DNA of 64,000 bases, taken from a virus. The notes under the pieces are model-generated. The model made no database searches, was not told the origin of the DNA, and worked only from the letters and a program-made list of their open reading frames with translations. Where the stretch lies: positions 16,046-80,045 of IMG/VR virus record IMGVR_UViG_3300024054_000015; one strand, 5' to 3'. Shown piece by piece: positions 36,293-45,525 of this stretch. Within the stretch, counting starts at the first letter, position 1. The number at the start of each line of letters is the position of its first letter. Position numbers and translations under genes: made by a program.

Positions 36293-37182
36293 CAGAGGAT
36301 CTGCCAGCAAAGATAAGACCTTTTGTGTTTCATGGACTGACTTTATCAAAGAGAAACAACGAGTACGTAGGAGCCTGCCCCTTTTGTGATAAGGAGAAGT
36401 TCTCGGTCAACTGTATCACAGGACTCTGGAAGTGTTGGTACTGCGCCACTGGTAGCGAGAAGGCCGGAGGCAACATTAGCACTTTCATCCAGAAGTTTCA
36501 TGGGATGTGCATGGAAGCCACTAAGCCCAGCGAGTATTCCAAACTAGCTGAGGACCGTAGCTTTGTGGATGGCATGGCTGTAGTGGAATGGCAGTTGGCT
36601 CTATCAACCACTACGGGCGATTGGCTAGTCCCAGGGTACAACCATCAGCGAACGCTGTGTTCCCTGTATCGCTACATCCACCAGAGAGATGGTGGCTATA
36701 GGCTGATCCCTACTCCCACACTAGGTCATCACATTCATGGGATGAACTTATGGGTCAAGAGCAAGCCTGTAGTCTACATCTGTGAAGGGCCTTGGGATGC
36801 CATCGCCTTATGGGAATGCTTGATTGCTGCTAAGAACTCTTCCAATGGTCTAGCTCTCACTGCCAGCAGAGAGTCTAGCCTAGCTTCTCAAGCTAACGTG
36901 ATAGCTGTTCCTGGATGTGAGGTATTCTACGAGCCGTGGCTATCTCTGTTCGAGGGCAAGATCGTTAACCTGATGTACGATAGCGATCATCCTCGTAAGC
37001 ATCCGAATACAGGACACATCACAGAGGGTGCTGGCTACAGAGCCATGAAGAGGATCACGGAGTTGTTCTCTAAGTCTAAACATCAACCAGAGGAGTTGAA
37101 TTACTTATGTTGGGGTCCAGAGGGTTACGATCCCAAGAGAAAGTCTGGGTTCGACGTTAGGGACTTCATCGTTAGGGGATAG
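36289..37182 (+). CDS. DNA primase (Zn finger + TOPRIM)
   Basis: CPFC..KCWYC; VYICEGPWDAIAL; MYDSD. Confidence 0.8.
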   Translation: MTEDLPAKIRPFVFHGLTLSKRNNEYVGACPFCDKEKFSVNCITGLWKCWYCATGSEKAGGNISTFIQKFHGMCMEATKPSEYSKLAEDRSFVDGMAVVEWQLALSTTTGDWLVPGYNHQRTLCSLYRYIHQRDGGYRLIPTPTLGHHIHGMNLWVKSKPVVYICEGPWDAIALWECLIAAKNSSNGLALTASRESSLASQANVIAVPGCEVFYEPWLSLFEGKIVNLMYDSDHPRKHPNTGHITEGAGYRAMKRITELFSKSKHQPEELNYLCWGPEGYDPKRKSGFDVRDFIVRG

Positions 37183-37184
37183 AT

Positions 37185-38561
37185 ATGCCGAGATTGCCAG
37201 CACTTGAAGAGCCCTTACAGCCTGCCACCCAAACAAGCCCAGCAAGGCCCCTACAAGCCCGTTTAACGCATTTGCGGGCTTTATTGGGGTTGGTGCAGCC
37301 TGTACCGCGCGCGTGGCTTGTAGGGGCTGCTAGGGGCCTTAAAAGCCATGCCACTAGTTCGGGGGGTGAAGAAACTACCATTAGACTTAAATCCTGCGAG
37401 TCGTATCAAGATCTCGTGAAGGCTTGGCGTAAGGCCCTCAAGTGGTCTCCAGGTCTTGATAACACGTTAGCAGTGATGTTAGCCTCGAGCTTCTCTACAC
37501 AGTTCGTTGGAGAGCAGTTGTGGCTTAAAGTCATCGGGCCTCCTAGTTGTGGAAAGACAACCCTAATGGAAGGGTTAGCCACTGCTAGGAAGTGGTATTT
37601 GAGTAAAGATACCATACGAGGCTTTCATAGTGGTTGGAAGCGTGAGGACAATGCAGACGTATCGTTAGCCGATATGGTCAAGGGAATGACATTAGGGACT
37701 AAGGATGGCGATACACTCCTCAAGGCTCCCAACCTCAAACAGATACTAGCCGAGGCTCGAGCTCTCTACGATCGTGTATCCAGAACCAACTACCGCAACG
37801 ATACCAATCGTGAGTACCAAGGTCATCGCATGACTTGGCACCTAGCAGGCACTAACGCTCTTAGGGAGATCGACGACTCAGAGCTTGGTGTAAGGTTTCT
37901 GGACGTAGTGGTAATGGATAAGATTGATGACGAGTTCGAGTACGAGGTCTGCTGGAGGGCTGTCAACCAAGAGATGATCAACATGCGTCATCTCTCTGAC
38001 GGAAAACCCGAAACGCAGTATCCTGAGGATTTGGCTAATGCAATGGCCCTTTCTGGAGGATATCTCGACTTCCTCAGGACTAATGCTGTGGAGCTAGCTC
38101 GTAGTCTAGAGTTGTCTGATGAAAGCGTCGTTAATCGCTGTATTCAGCTAGGGATCTTCACAGCCTTTATGCGTGCTAGATCTGGTGCTAACTCCGAGGA
38201 AGCTACTCGTGAGTTTGGCCCTAGACTAACGACACAGTTAGGGCGATTGGCTACAGGATTAGCCTGTGTCTTCAACAAGCCTAGAGTTGATGATGAGGTC
38301 ATGCACAAGACTTGGCAAGTCGCTATGCACACATCCAGAGGGCCTACGTTAGAGCTCGTGAAGGTTCTACACAAGATCCCTCAAGGGATAGAAGTGCGTG
38401 GTTTAGCAGCCCTAATGCGTGCTAATGATGACAAGCTGCGCGCGCAGTTAAGATTCTTGCGAGCTATTGGTGTAGTGGAAACTGATGTGAACTTTAAGCG
38501 TTGGCGTATAACTCCCAAGCTATCCAAGCTCTATGAGGCTGTCAATGCCCAGAGATCCTAA
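37185..38561 (+). CDS. P-loop ATPase, putative replicative helicase
   Basis: IGPPSCGKTT Walker A; follows primase; C-terminal wHTH-like region. Confidence 0.7.
   Translation: MPRLPALEEPLQPATQTSPARPLQARLTHLRALLGLVQPVPRAWLVGAARGLKSHATSSGGEETTIRLKSCESYQDLVKAWRKALKWSPGLDNTLAVMLASSFSTQFVGEQLWLKVIGPPSCGKTTLMEGLATARKWYLSKDTIRGFHSGWKREDNADVSLADMVKGMTLGTKDGDTLLKAPNLKQILAEARALYDRVSRTNYRNDTNREYQGHRMTWHLAGTNALREIDDSELGVRFLDVVVMDKIDDEFEYEVCWRAVNQEMINMRHLSDGKPETQYPEDLANAMALSGGYLDFLRTNAVELARSLELSDESVVNRCIQLGIFTAFMRARSGANSEEATREFGPRLTTQLGRLATGLACVFNKPRVDDEVMHKTWQVAMHTSRGPTLELVKVLHKIPQGIEVRGLAALMRANDDKLRAQLRFLRAIGVVETDVNFKRWRITPKLSKLYEAVNAQRS
37244..37340. repeat. Inverted-repeat-bounded ~100-bp element B inside a 150-nt GA/TC-free tract (37210-37359)
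   Basis: AAGGCCCCTACAAGCC ... GGCTTGTAGGGGCTGCTAGGGGCCTT. Confidence 0.65.
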
Positions 38562-38717
38562 CACTTATGGAGAGGTTCTTAAGGAAAGGCTGAGGAATTG
38601 GGCATTTCCTGTTTGCATGGATGCTCTTAGGGAAATAGAGCGCTTAGAACGTCTTTTAAGAGAGAAAGACAGAGAGATAGAAGAGTTAACCTCTAAGCGC
38701 AAGTATATTAGATTGTA

Positions 38718-38768
38718 ATTATATCAAGTGTTTTCGGGCTTGCAAGTGACATTTGTGCGTGGTAAGTT
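38718..38768. promoter_or_regulatory. Overlapping divergent sigma70-like promoters sharing TTGCAA
   Basis: Plus TTGCAA(38740)-17-TAAGTT with TGn; minus TTGCAA-16-TATAAT with TGn. Confidence 0.55.
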
Positions 38769-38774
38769 GCACTT

Positions 38775-39359
38775 GTGGAGACACCCTGGGAGCAGACTAT
38801 GAACGGATTGGTGTACGATCTGGAGATTGTCAAGGGTATCCCTTTAGGACATAAAGAAGAGGGTGTGGAGTACTGTGACGGATGGACAGACTATGCTAAC
38901 ATGGGCATCAGTGTTCTCTGTGCCTACGACTTCGTGAGCAAGTCTTTTAGGGTCTTCTGTCAGGACAACCTTCAGGAGTTCTTTGAGTTAGCAGCCCAAA
39001 GGGATCCATTGATTGGGTTCAACTCTGTAGGATTCGATAACAACGTCCTCTCATGCTTTGGTACTCTTCCAGAGGGTAAGGACTACTACGATATCCTTCA
39101 GGAGATCTATCGCACGGTTGGCAAAAGATTCAAGGGTAGTGGTCTTGATGCTATCTGTACTCTGAATGGGTTGGGTAGCAAGTCTGGAAATGGTGCTCTA
39201 GCTCCTGTGCAATGGCAGAGAGGGCAAATTGGTAGTGTCATTGATTACTGCTTGAGGGATGTAAGGCTTACGAGGGATCTCTTCGTCCTCAGTCAGAAGG
39301 CTATCATCAAGACTCCTAAGGGAAACCTCTCGTTGAGGAAGGTTGATGATGCTGATTAA
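38775..39359 (+). CDS. DEDD/RNase H-like 3'-5' exonuclease
   Basis: VYDLEI, IGFNSVGFD, LDAIC, DYCLRDV; alternative ATG 38799. Confidence 0.8.
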   Translation: METPWEQTMNGLVYDLEIVKGIPLGHKEEGVEYCDGWTDYANMGISVLCAYDFVSKSFRVFCQDNLQEFFELAAQRDPLIGFNSVGFDNNVLSCFGTLPEGKDYYDILQEIYRTVGKRFKGSGLDAICTLNGLGSKSGNGALAPVQWQRGQIGSVIDYCLRDVRLTRDLFVLSQKAIIKTPKGNLSLRKVDDAD

Positions 39360-39921
39360 CCCTTTCACTGGTCAAGTCTTGAATGCTAATCCAGAGGGGC
39401 ATAACCAGTATTGGAACCCTAATGGACCTTCTGCAGACTTCTCTCTGCCTCTGAAGCCCTCTATCTCTCCAGGAAGTCTATCGAGGGGGTTGGCTAAGAG
39501 AAGGTCTAGGGAGGCTATTCGCCTTCTTAAAGTTGCCTCTAGAGCTCCTGGCACAAGTCTTGATAAGTTCATGTCTAAAATGACTGGAGTTGACGCTGAT
39601 AGCCGAGTGGCTGAGGAAGCTAAGGATCAGCTAGAGAGACTTAGGAGTAGTAGAAAGCCCTCAAAACACGCTCTGGTTGCTAAGAAGCTCAGGGACATCT
39701 ACGAAAACGAGGAATTCCTCATGGTTGATGAGGCAGATGCCCTAAAGAGACTCTCCGGCGCAAATCAGAGAGCAGCAGATGCCTATGCCGTGGCTAAGAA
39801 GATTAGATCAAGGAGAAACGCCAGTAGTGGTCAATTCGTGAAGAAGAGTGGTGATTTGATTCCAGTTCAACCCTTCAATCAACCTTTCTGGACTCCTCGT
39901 GAGTACCCTGAACCTGACTAG
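39349..39921 (+). CDS. Putative internal head protein, NPFTG leader family #1
   Basis: MLINPFTGQVLN-ANPEGHNQY; basic helical body. Confidence 0.65.
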   Translation: MLINPFTGQVLNANPEGHNQYWNPNGPSADFSLPLKPSISPGSLSRGLAKRRSREAIRLLKVASRAPGTSLDKFMSKMTGVDADSRVAEEAKDQLERLRSSRKPSKHALVAKKLRDIYENEEFLMVDEADALKRLSGANQRAADAYAVAKKIRSRRNASSGQFVKKSGDLIPVQPFNQPFWTPREYPEPD

Positions 39922-39933
39922 TGGAGACCTATC

Positions 39934-40167
39934 ATGACTGAAGGCTGGCAACAACGACTCATTGACGAAGCAGAGGACCTCGAGATCAGGATCAAGAAGC
40001 TCTCTGAGTTTGCTAACACCGAGGAGTTCAAGAGCCTTGACAGTACTCATCGTGATTTCGTGAGGATTCAGCAGTATCACATGGGGTGGTATCTCTGGGC
40101 TCTGAAGGCTCGAATCAAGAGACTTTCTGAGCCTGCTCCTCCGGTTATCATTCCGTTGAATAAATAA
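39934..40167 (+). CDS. Small coiled-coil phage protein (crAss001_48-like)
   Basis: WQQRLIDEAEDL..IKKL..F...QQYHM..Y..LKARI. Confidence 0.6.
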   Translation: MTEGWQQRLIDEAEDLEIRIKKLSEFANTEEFKSLDSTHRDFVRIQQYHMGWYLWALKARIKRLSEPAPPVIIPLNK

Positions 40168-40191
40168 TGTCTAGTGGTGGATGGGACAGAA

Positions 40192-40851
40192 ATGCCATCT
40201 GTGATTCTCAAGAAACGTGATCTTGATTCCTTGAATGATATGGAATTGAGATTCGTCAAGGCTTTGATCGCTGACGATCTTTGGAGACCTGTTCAGGCAG
40301 CTAGGACTGTTGGATATAAGAGCCCTTCATTAGCTGCTACGAGGTTGATGAAGAAGCCCGTAGTAGCAGCAGCCTTAGGAAGAGAACAACGTCGCAGATT
40401 AGAACGTCTTCAGTTGAAAGCTGATGAAGTTCTGCACATGCTCGCTACTGGACTCTTCTTCAATCCACTTTCACTCTTTAAGCCTTCTGCTGATGGAAAG
40501 TGGGTCGTAGAGGACTTGGACAAAGTCCCTGCGGAAATAGGACGTTGTGTAGAGGAAGTCAAGTGTCGTACTGTGGACAGTATGGACGACGATGGGAACG
40601 TGACTTCCACAACGTACTTTGAACTGAAGATGATGTCCAAGACGAAGCTCTTAGAGCTTGCGATGAAACACTGCGGAGTTGACGGCACGCAGAAGATAGA
40701 GCATACGGGCAATCTGGGTCTACAGATCGGCCTCAGCAATGGGATCAATGGGCTGCTGATGGCCATTGAGAACACACGCTCTTCCCAAGTGGTCGATGGT
40801 ACAGTGTTGGAGAAAGAGGTAACAGATGTTACTAATCAATCCGCTGACTAG
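40192..40851 (+). CDS. terS: Terminase small subunit
   Basis: RFVKALI..QAARTVGYKS..ATRLMKKP HTH; KTKLLELAMKH; position. Confidence 0.8.
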   Translation: MPSVILKKRDLDSLNDMELRFVKALIADDLWRPVQAARTVGYKSPSLAATRLMKKPVVAAALGREQRRRLERLQLKADEVLHMLATGLFFNPLSLFKPSADGKWVVEDLDKVPAEIGRCVEEVKCRTVDSMDDDGNVTSTTYFELKMMSKTKLLELAMKHCGVDGTQKIEHTGNLGLQIGLSNGINGLLMAIENTRSSQVVDGTVLEKEVTDVTNQSAD

Positions 40852-41299
40852 GCAAGTTCTAAACCACATGCAAGGAAGGCATGATCAGTCAGGACATGGA
40901 CAGGAGGCTTTGCCAGACAAGTTCTACAAGAAGAGAAGGGATTCTACTTCCAGTAGGTTGGCCAAGAGAATCTTTGAGGGACCATTTGACAGTTTTGAAG
41001 AGGCTGCTGCTCACTCGTACGTGTTGGATGACCTGGACACTAGGAAGTCTTCCCTGGATAAAGGCTTTCTGATGGGAGCTCATGGGAAAGCAATCCCTGT
41101 CACCAAAGGCTCTTATCTTCAGGAGGATATCACAGGAGGAAATGAGGGAGACATTCACGACTACAACAAGAGTGGAGATCGTATCCCTATAAGGCATAGG
41201 ATTGTCCCGGTAAGGAGTGTGGCAAAGCTCCGACCCAAAAGAGTGAACATGATGGCAGACGTGATAGCAGAACTTAGGCAGAGAAGGGGATTAGACTGA
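40826..41299 (+). CDS. Putative internal head protein, NPFTG leader family #2
   Basis: MLLINPLTRQVLN-HMQGRHDQSGHG. Confidence 0.6.
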   Translation: MLLINPLTRQVLNHMQGRHDQSGHGQEALPDKFYKKRRDSTSSRLAKRIFEGPFDSFEEAAAHSYVLDDLDTRKSSLDKGFLMGAHGKAIPVTKGSYLQEDITGGNEGDIHDYNKSGDRIPIRHRIVPVRSVAKLRPKRVNMMADVIAELRQRRGLD

Positions 41300-41688
41300 T
41301 GTCCAACGAGATACAGGTAACGATTCAGCTTAGTTGTGCTAAGGGTGAGTTCTATCAGCCTGCCCTTGGAACGCCTCAATCAGTAGACCAGAACGGTCTA
41401 GGTGGAGGCAATCCAGGGTTCATTAACGTAGGGGCCTCTGAGGAGGACGTTAGCTTGGGAGACCTTACGACTCCAGGCTATTGCTACATCAAGAACCTTG
41501 GCCCTTTGACTGGCACGGCTCAGCCTGTGATCACCTTTGGTCCTAAGAGTGGCGGAGCTATGGTCGGCTTCTGTAGTCTAAAGACTGGCGAGGAAGCGTG
41601 CTTTAGGCTCACGGACACAACTCCCACGCTGCGCATTGTCAGCGATATCGCGAATACAGGCGTGCAGATAGTCATCCTGGAGGATTAG
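41299..41688 (+). CDS. Hypothetical beta-rich (virion?) protein
   Basis: Tiled ORF. Confidence 0.55.
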   Translation: MSNEIQVTIQLSCAKGEFYQPALGTPQSVDQNGLGGGNPGFINVGASEEDVSLGDLTTPGYCYIKNLGPLTGTAQPVITFGPKSGGAMVGFCSLKTGEEACFRLTDTTPTLRIVSDIANTGVQIVILED

Positions 41689-41689
41689 C

Positions 41690-41896
41690 ATGGCTACGAT
41701 TCATCTAGCAGGTCCAATAGTAACTGTAGACAGCAGAGTCGTTCAGCGTTGTGCTGTCTGTGGACAGAAGCTAGTGGACTTGGACGCTTTCGAGCCAGGA
41801 AAGCCTGTAGTGGAAGAGGGCTGTCAGTTGAAGACAGTGCAGAACGTAGATATGTACCATAGCTCCGACCTGTGCGTGACCTTGGTGGAGAAATGA
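41690..41896 (+). CDS. Small Cys/His protein
   Basis: H..CAVCG..C. Confidence 0.5.
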   Translation: MATIHLAGPIVTVDSRVVQRCAVCGQKLVDLDAFEPGKPVVEEGCQLKTVQNVDMYHSSDLCVTLVEK

Positions 41897-42378
41897 CCAT
41901 GCTCATCAATCCGTTTACAGGTCAGGTACTCAACGTCAATCCACAGGGATACAATCAGTACACTGGAAAGGGTCCGGAGTCTAACAGGAAGAGACTTCAG
42001 CAGATCGCTGGAGATGATGTCCGTATTGAGTACAAGATCCCAGAGGCCTACGAGAAGAGCGTGAGGCTGTCTGGAGACTACTTTCCTCCAGAGGTAGACT
42101 GGGACACTGAAGAGGTAACGAAGCCAGCGACTATCTTTGTTTCTCCAGGCAGATACGAAGGTGCTATAGCTGCCCATGAGATAGGGCATCATAAGCTAGG
42201 TCACACGCAGGATGTGGAATACGAAGATGATGCAGAGAGCCGTGAAAGAGATGCCTGGCGATATGCTCTTAAGAACAGAAAGAGTATGGCAGTCTCTAAG
42301 AGGAAACTGTTCCGCCTTATGAGGACTGCTGAGGTTCTGGCTAAGAAGTCTAGAGGAACTTTCGGACCAGCTAAGTGA
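41893..42378 (+). CDS. Putative internal head protein, NPFTG leader family #3, with HExxH metallopeptidase motif
   Basis: MLINPFTGQVLN-VNPQGYNQY; AAHEIGHHKLGH...ERDAWRYA. Confidence 0.65.
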   Translation: MTMLINPFTGQVLNVNPQGYNQYTGKGPESNRKRLQQIAGDDVRIEYKIPEAYEKSVRLSGDYFPPEVDWDTEEVTKPATIFVSPGRYEGAIAAHEIGHHKLGHTQDVEYEDDAESRERDAWRYALKNRKSMAVSKRKLFRLMRTAEVLAKKSRGTFGPAK

Positions 42379-43976
42379 TCAACTCCGAAGCTGACCTACT
42401 CTCTGATCCCTTTAACTTTCTTGCTCTGTGTTGGCCAGACATCAAGCTGACCAAGCCGCAAGCCAAGATCGTACATAGCATTGTCCACAATCACACTACT
42501 GTCGTGCCTGCTGGCAACGATCAAGGCAAGGACTTTATTGCAGCCTTTATCTGCGTCTGGTTCTTCTGCTCTCGTAGCCCTTGCAAGATTGTGACCCATT
42601 CGGTAGATCAGCCTCAGCTTAAAGGCGTTCTCTGGGGCGAAATGAAGAGGTTTATTCAGACCTCGAGATATCCTCTGCCGCTGAACGTGCGTGAGGATAT
42701 GTTCATGCAGTTCGTGCGTCCTGATGGTACAGCCGATCCCTTGAGCTACCTCATTGGCCGTGTCACACGTAAGGGTGAGGGATTGCTGGGTCATCATATC
42801 GCTAACACAGAGAGCGATAGACTGCCCGATGGCTCTATGCTTCCTCGTACGCTGTTCGTAGCTGATGAAGCCAGCGGTATTGACGACGAGGCATGGGAGA
42901 AGGTGGACACCTGGAGTCATCGTAAGCTCGCTATCGGCAATCCCTATCCCACTACGAACTTCTTCTATAAGGCCACGAAGGCCGGAGATATCCCGCACCC
43001 CAGGCTCAAGGGACGTTTCCTTCAGAAGGTTATCCACATCGATTGCGATGATAGTCCGCACGTAGAGCGGGCTAAGTCGATGATGGACATTGGTCTAGAC
43101 CCTGATGACAAGGTCTTGATCCCAGGCATCCTCAGTTGGCAGGAATACGAGCGACGTCTCAAGGTCTGGGATGAGATGCGGCAGTGCATCGGCCTACATG
43201 GGAAGTTCTATGAAGGTCGTGAAGTCAAGCTATTTCCTCCCAACTGGCTAGACCGTGCTGAGGAAGTCGCTGAGAGGTTGCCGAAGGATCGCATAGGCAA
43301 AGCGATGGGAGTGGACGCTGCTGAAGGTGGCGATAACTCCGTGTGGTGCATAGTGGACGAGTTGGGCTTGATCTACATGGAGGCCCATAAGACAAATGAC
43401 ACAAATGATATTCCTGGACTTTCCATTGCCATCGGGAAGCGTTTCGGTGTTGCTCCTGAGCGTTGGGTATTCGATCGTGGGGGTGGCGGCAAGCAACATG
43501 CCGATCGGTTACGAGCAATGGGGTATGAGTGTGCTTCCATCGGTTTTGGTGAGGGTGTGGTAGATCCACAAGCCTGGAAGCGTACTGCGGACTATATCCC
43601 GAAGAAAGAAGTGCGGGAGGCTACAGAAGAGAGGTACATCTACAAGAACCGTAGAGCCGAGATGTACGGCACGCTTAGGCTTGCATTAGATCCGACTGTG
43701 TTGCAAAATGGCTTCGGGCTACCAAAAGAGTTGATTCGGGTGAAACGGTTGGACGGTGGACCTTCCCTCAGAGATCAGTTAGAGATACTACCGCTGCTCT
43801 ACGATCCTGAGGGAAGGCTCTACTTGCCGCCTAAGCAGAAGAAGAATGCGGACGACAAAACAGTCACGATCAAAGATATGCTGGGCGACTATAGCCCAGA
43901 CGAGGCAGACGCGCTTGTGCTCGCCTGCTATGGAATGACCTTTAAGAGTCCTCCAGTCATCAGGAGTATGATATGA
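42375..43976 (+). CDS. terL: Terminase large subunit
   Basis: PAGNDQGKDF Walker A-like, FVADEASG Walker B, IGNP, GVDAAEGGDNSV nuclease, SPDEADAL. Confidence 0.9.
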   Translation: MINSEADLLSDPFNFLALCWPDIKLTKPQAKIVHSIVHNHTTVVPAGNDQGKDFIAAFICVWFFCSRSPCKIVTHSVDQPQLKGVLWGEMKRFIQTSRYPLPLNVREDMFMQFVRPDGTADPLSYLIGRVTRKGEGLLGHHIANTESDRLPDGSMLPRTLFVADEASGIDDEAWEKVDTWSHRKLAIGNPYPTTNFFYKATKAGDIPHPRLKGRFLQKVIHIDCDDSPHVERAKSMMDIGLDPDDKVLIPGILSWQEYERRLKVWDEMRQCIGLHGKFYEGREVKLFPPNWLDRAEEVAERLPKDRIGKAMGVDAAEGGDNSVWCIVDELGLIYMEAHKTNDTNDIPGLSIAIGKRFGVAPERWVFDRGGGGKQHADRLRAMGYECASIGFGEGVVDPQAWKRTADYIPKKEVREATEERYIYKNRRAEMYGTLRLALDPTVLQNGFGLPKELIRVKRLDGGPSLRDQLEILPLLYDPEGRLYLPPKQKKNADDKTVTIKDMLGDYSPDEADALVLACYGMTFKSPPVIRSMI

Positions 43977-44575
43977 GCAAAGAGCCAATCGTGAATCCGT
44001 TTACTGGAGAAGTGGTGGCGAACTTCAGTCTTAGGGGAATCGGAGAGGTATTTGACCTGGGAAGGAAGGCCCAGAAGCTCGGTCAGATGGCAGGAACTAA
44101 GTCAGGTGCGGTTGAGTCCAGGTGGGCTAAACTTCGCGGTAAAGACGCTGGTCTCTCTAGGAGAGCTTCCAGAAGGATCTACCGAGCCGGTGCTGGAACC
44201 CAGAAGGCCATAGAAGCCGCGAAGAAGCACTCCTTCAAGACGGGAGTGGCGACTGGTGCGGTTGCTGGTGCTGCCTCTACAGGAGCCGCCATGAAGTACT
44301 CCAAGTCCAAGAAGAAGCAGATGGCTCACAACATCCTCGGCATGGCTCTGGGAAAGGTCAGGAACCCTCTGCAAGATGCCCTCACCAAACCCTTCCGCAA
44401 GAAGAAGACCACTGTCGGTGGCGTGCTGAAGGGCGGACTCACAGGCGTTAGGAACGAGAGCCATCTTGGCCTCATTACGCCTTCCAAGGCTAGGAAGCGT
44501 AAGCTCATCTCTTCTGCAGAGCAAGATGCCAAGAAGAGGGGATTGGTCCTCAAGCCCGTCGGGAGCTTCAGATGA
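43973..44575 (+). CDS. Putative internal head protein, NPFTG leader family #4 (basic, Gly/Ala-rich)
   Basis: IVNPFTGEVVAN; internal MAHN and GVRN sites. Confidence 0.6.
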   Translation: MSKEPIVNPFTGEVVANFSLRGIGEVFDLGRKAQKLGQMAGTKSGAVESRWAKLRGKDAGLSRRASRRIYRAGAGTQKAIEAAKKHSFKTGVATGAVAGAASTGAAMKYSKSKKKQMAHNILGMALGKVRNPLQDALTKPFRKKKTTVGGVLKGGLTGVRNESHLGLITPSKARKRKLISSAEQDAKKRGLVLKPVGSFR

Positions 44576-44760
44576 CTCTTGGACAAATCGCTTACGAAGC
44601 CTACTGCAAGTTCAGTGACAACAAGTCTCTGGTCTCTGGGCAAGAGCTACCAAGCTGGGGAAACCTCAACAGTCGCATTAAGGCTGCTTGGGAAGCATGT
44701 GCTAAAGAGGTTGGCAGGTATGTGATGACAGAATTGGCAGACCTTGCCAAAGGAGACTAG
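44572..44760 (+). CDS. Small hypothetical protein
   Basis: LGQIAYEAY...AAWEA. Confidence 0.55.
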   Translation: MTLGQIAYEAYCKFSDNKSLVSGQELPSWGNLNSRIKAAWEACAKEVGRYVMTELADLAKGD

Positions 44761-44985
44761 GTGGACAAGCCTAAGACCATTGCTGACCTGGGCGACAACA
44801 CCGAACGTGATAAGCCCATTATCGGCAAGTCCATGATAGACCATGGACCTAAGTCGGTAAGTCGTCGCATTGAGGAAGCCCAGAAGCGGCATGAGGAAGA
44901 GCAGAAGCTGCTAGAGGCTGGCGGCTATGACTATGGCGGCACAGAGGCTTTCGAACGAGCCATGAGGAACGTGGGGAGATGGTGA
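44761..44985 (+). CDS. Small hypothetical protein
   Basis: Tiled ORF with GGAG RBS. Confidence 0.5.
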   Translation: MDKPKTIADLGDNTERDKPIIGKSMIDHGPKSVSRRIEEAQKRHEEEQKLLEAGGYDYGGTEAFERAMRNVGRW

Positions 44986-45515
44986 TGATTCTAGTCAATC
45001 CATTCACTGGCCAAGTGCTTATCAACGCCAACCCTAGAGGCGACAATCAGTACATCAATCCCGATGGGCCTAGCCAGAAGCCTGTTAGAACAGCGAAGCA
45101 TCTCGTTAAACGTCTGACTGCTGGCGTGCTAGGACCTGTCTCGGCAGATCGTGTTGCTGGATTTGCACTGCCTGACGACAGTCTAGTGGGAGGCCTGGGC
45201 AAGATGCATGAGGATCTGGTGCGAGAGGATCCTGAGAAGTTCGGAATGGACAGAGGAGACATGCCAAGAGATCCAGTGGCCAAGGCTATCTCCAAGGGAG
45301 CCATACGCTTTCGTGGAGTTTCCCTAGAGCTCGACTCTAGCAGACACACTCCAGGGAAGATTGGCATGATGATCTCCAGCGGTAAGTTGCCCTCTACTAC
45401 CGAAGGTCATGTCTACATTGACTCTGCAGACTTCAATGGTGCAGCCCATGTGGATGAGTTGCTGATGGCCAAGTCTTGGAGACATCTAGCTTACGGGAAG
45501 AAAAGACTAAGATAA
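44985..45515 (+). CDS. Putative internal head protein, NPFTG leader family #5
   Basis: MILVNPFTGQVLIN-ANPRGDNQY. Confidence 0.65.
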   Translation: MILVNPFTGQVLINANPRGDNQYINPDGPSQKPVRTAKHLVKRLTAGVLGPVSADRVAGFALPDDSLVGGLGKMHEDLVREDPEKFGMDRGDMPRDPVAKAISKGAIRFRGVSLELDSSRHTPGKIGMMISSGKLPSTTEGHVYIDSADFNGAAHVDELLMAKSWRHLAYGKKRLR

Positions 45516-45525
45516 GGAAATAAGA

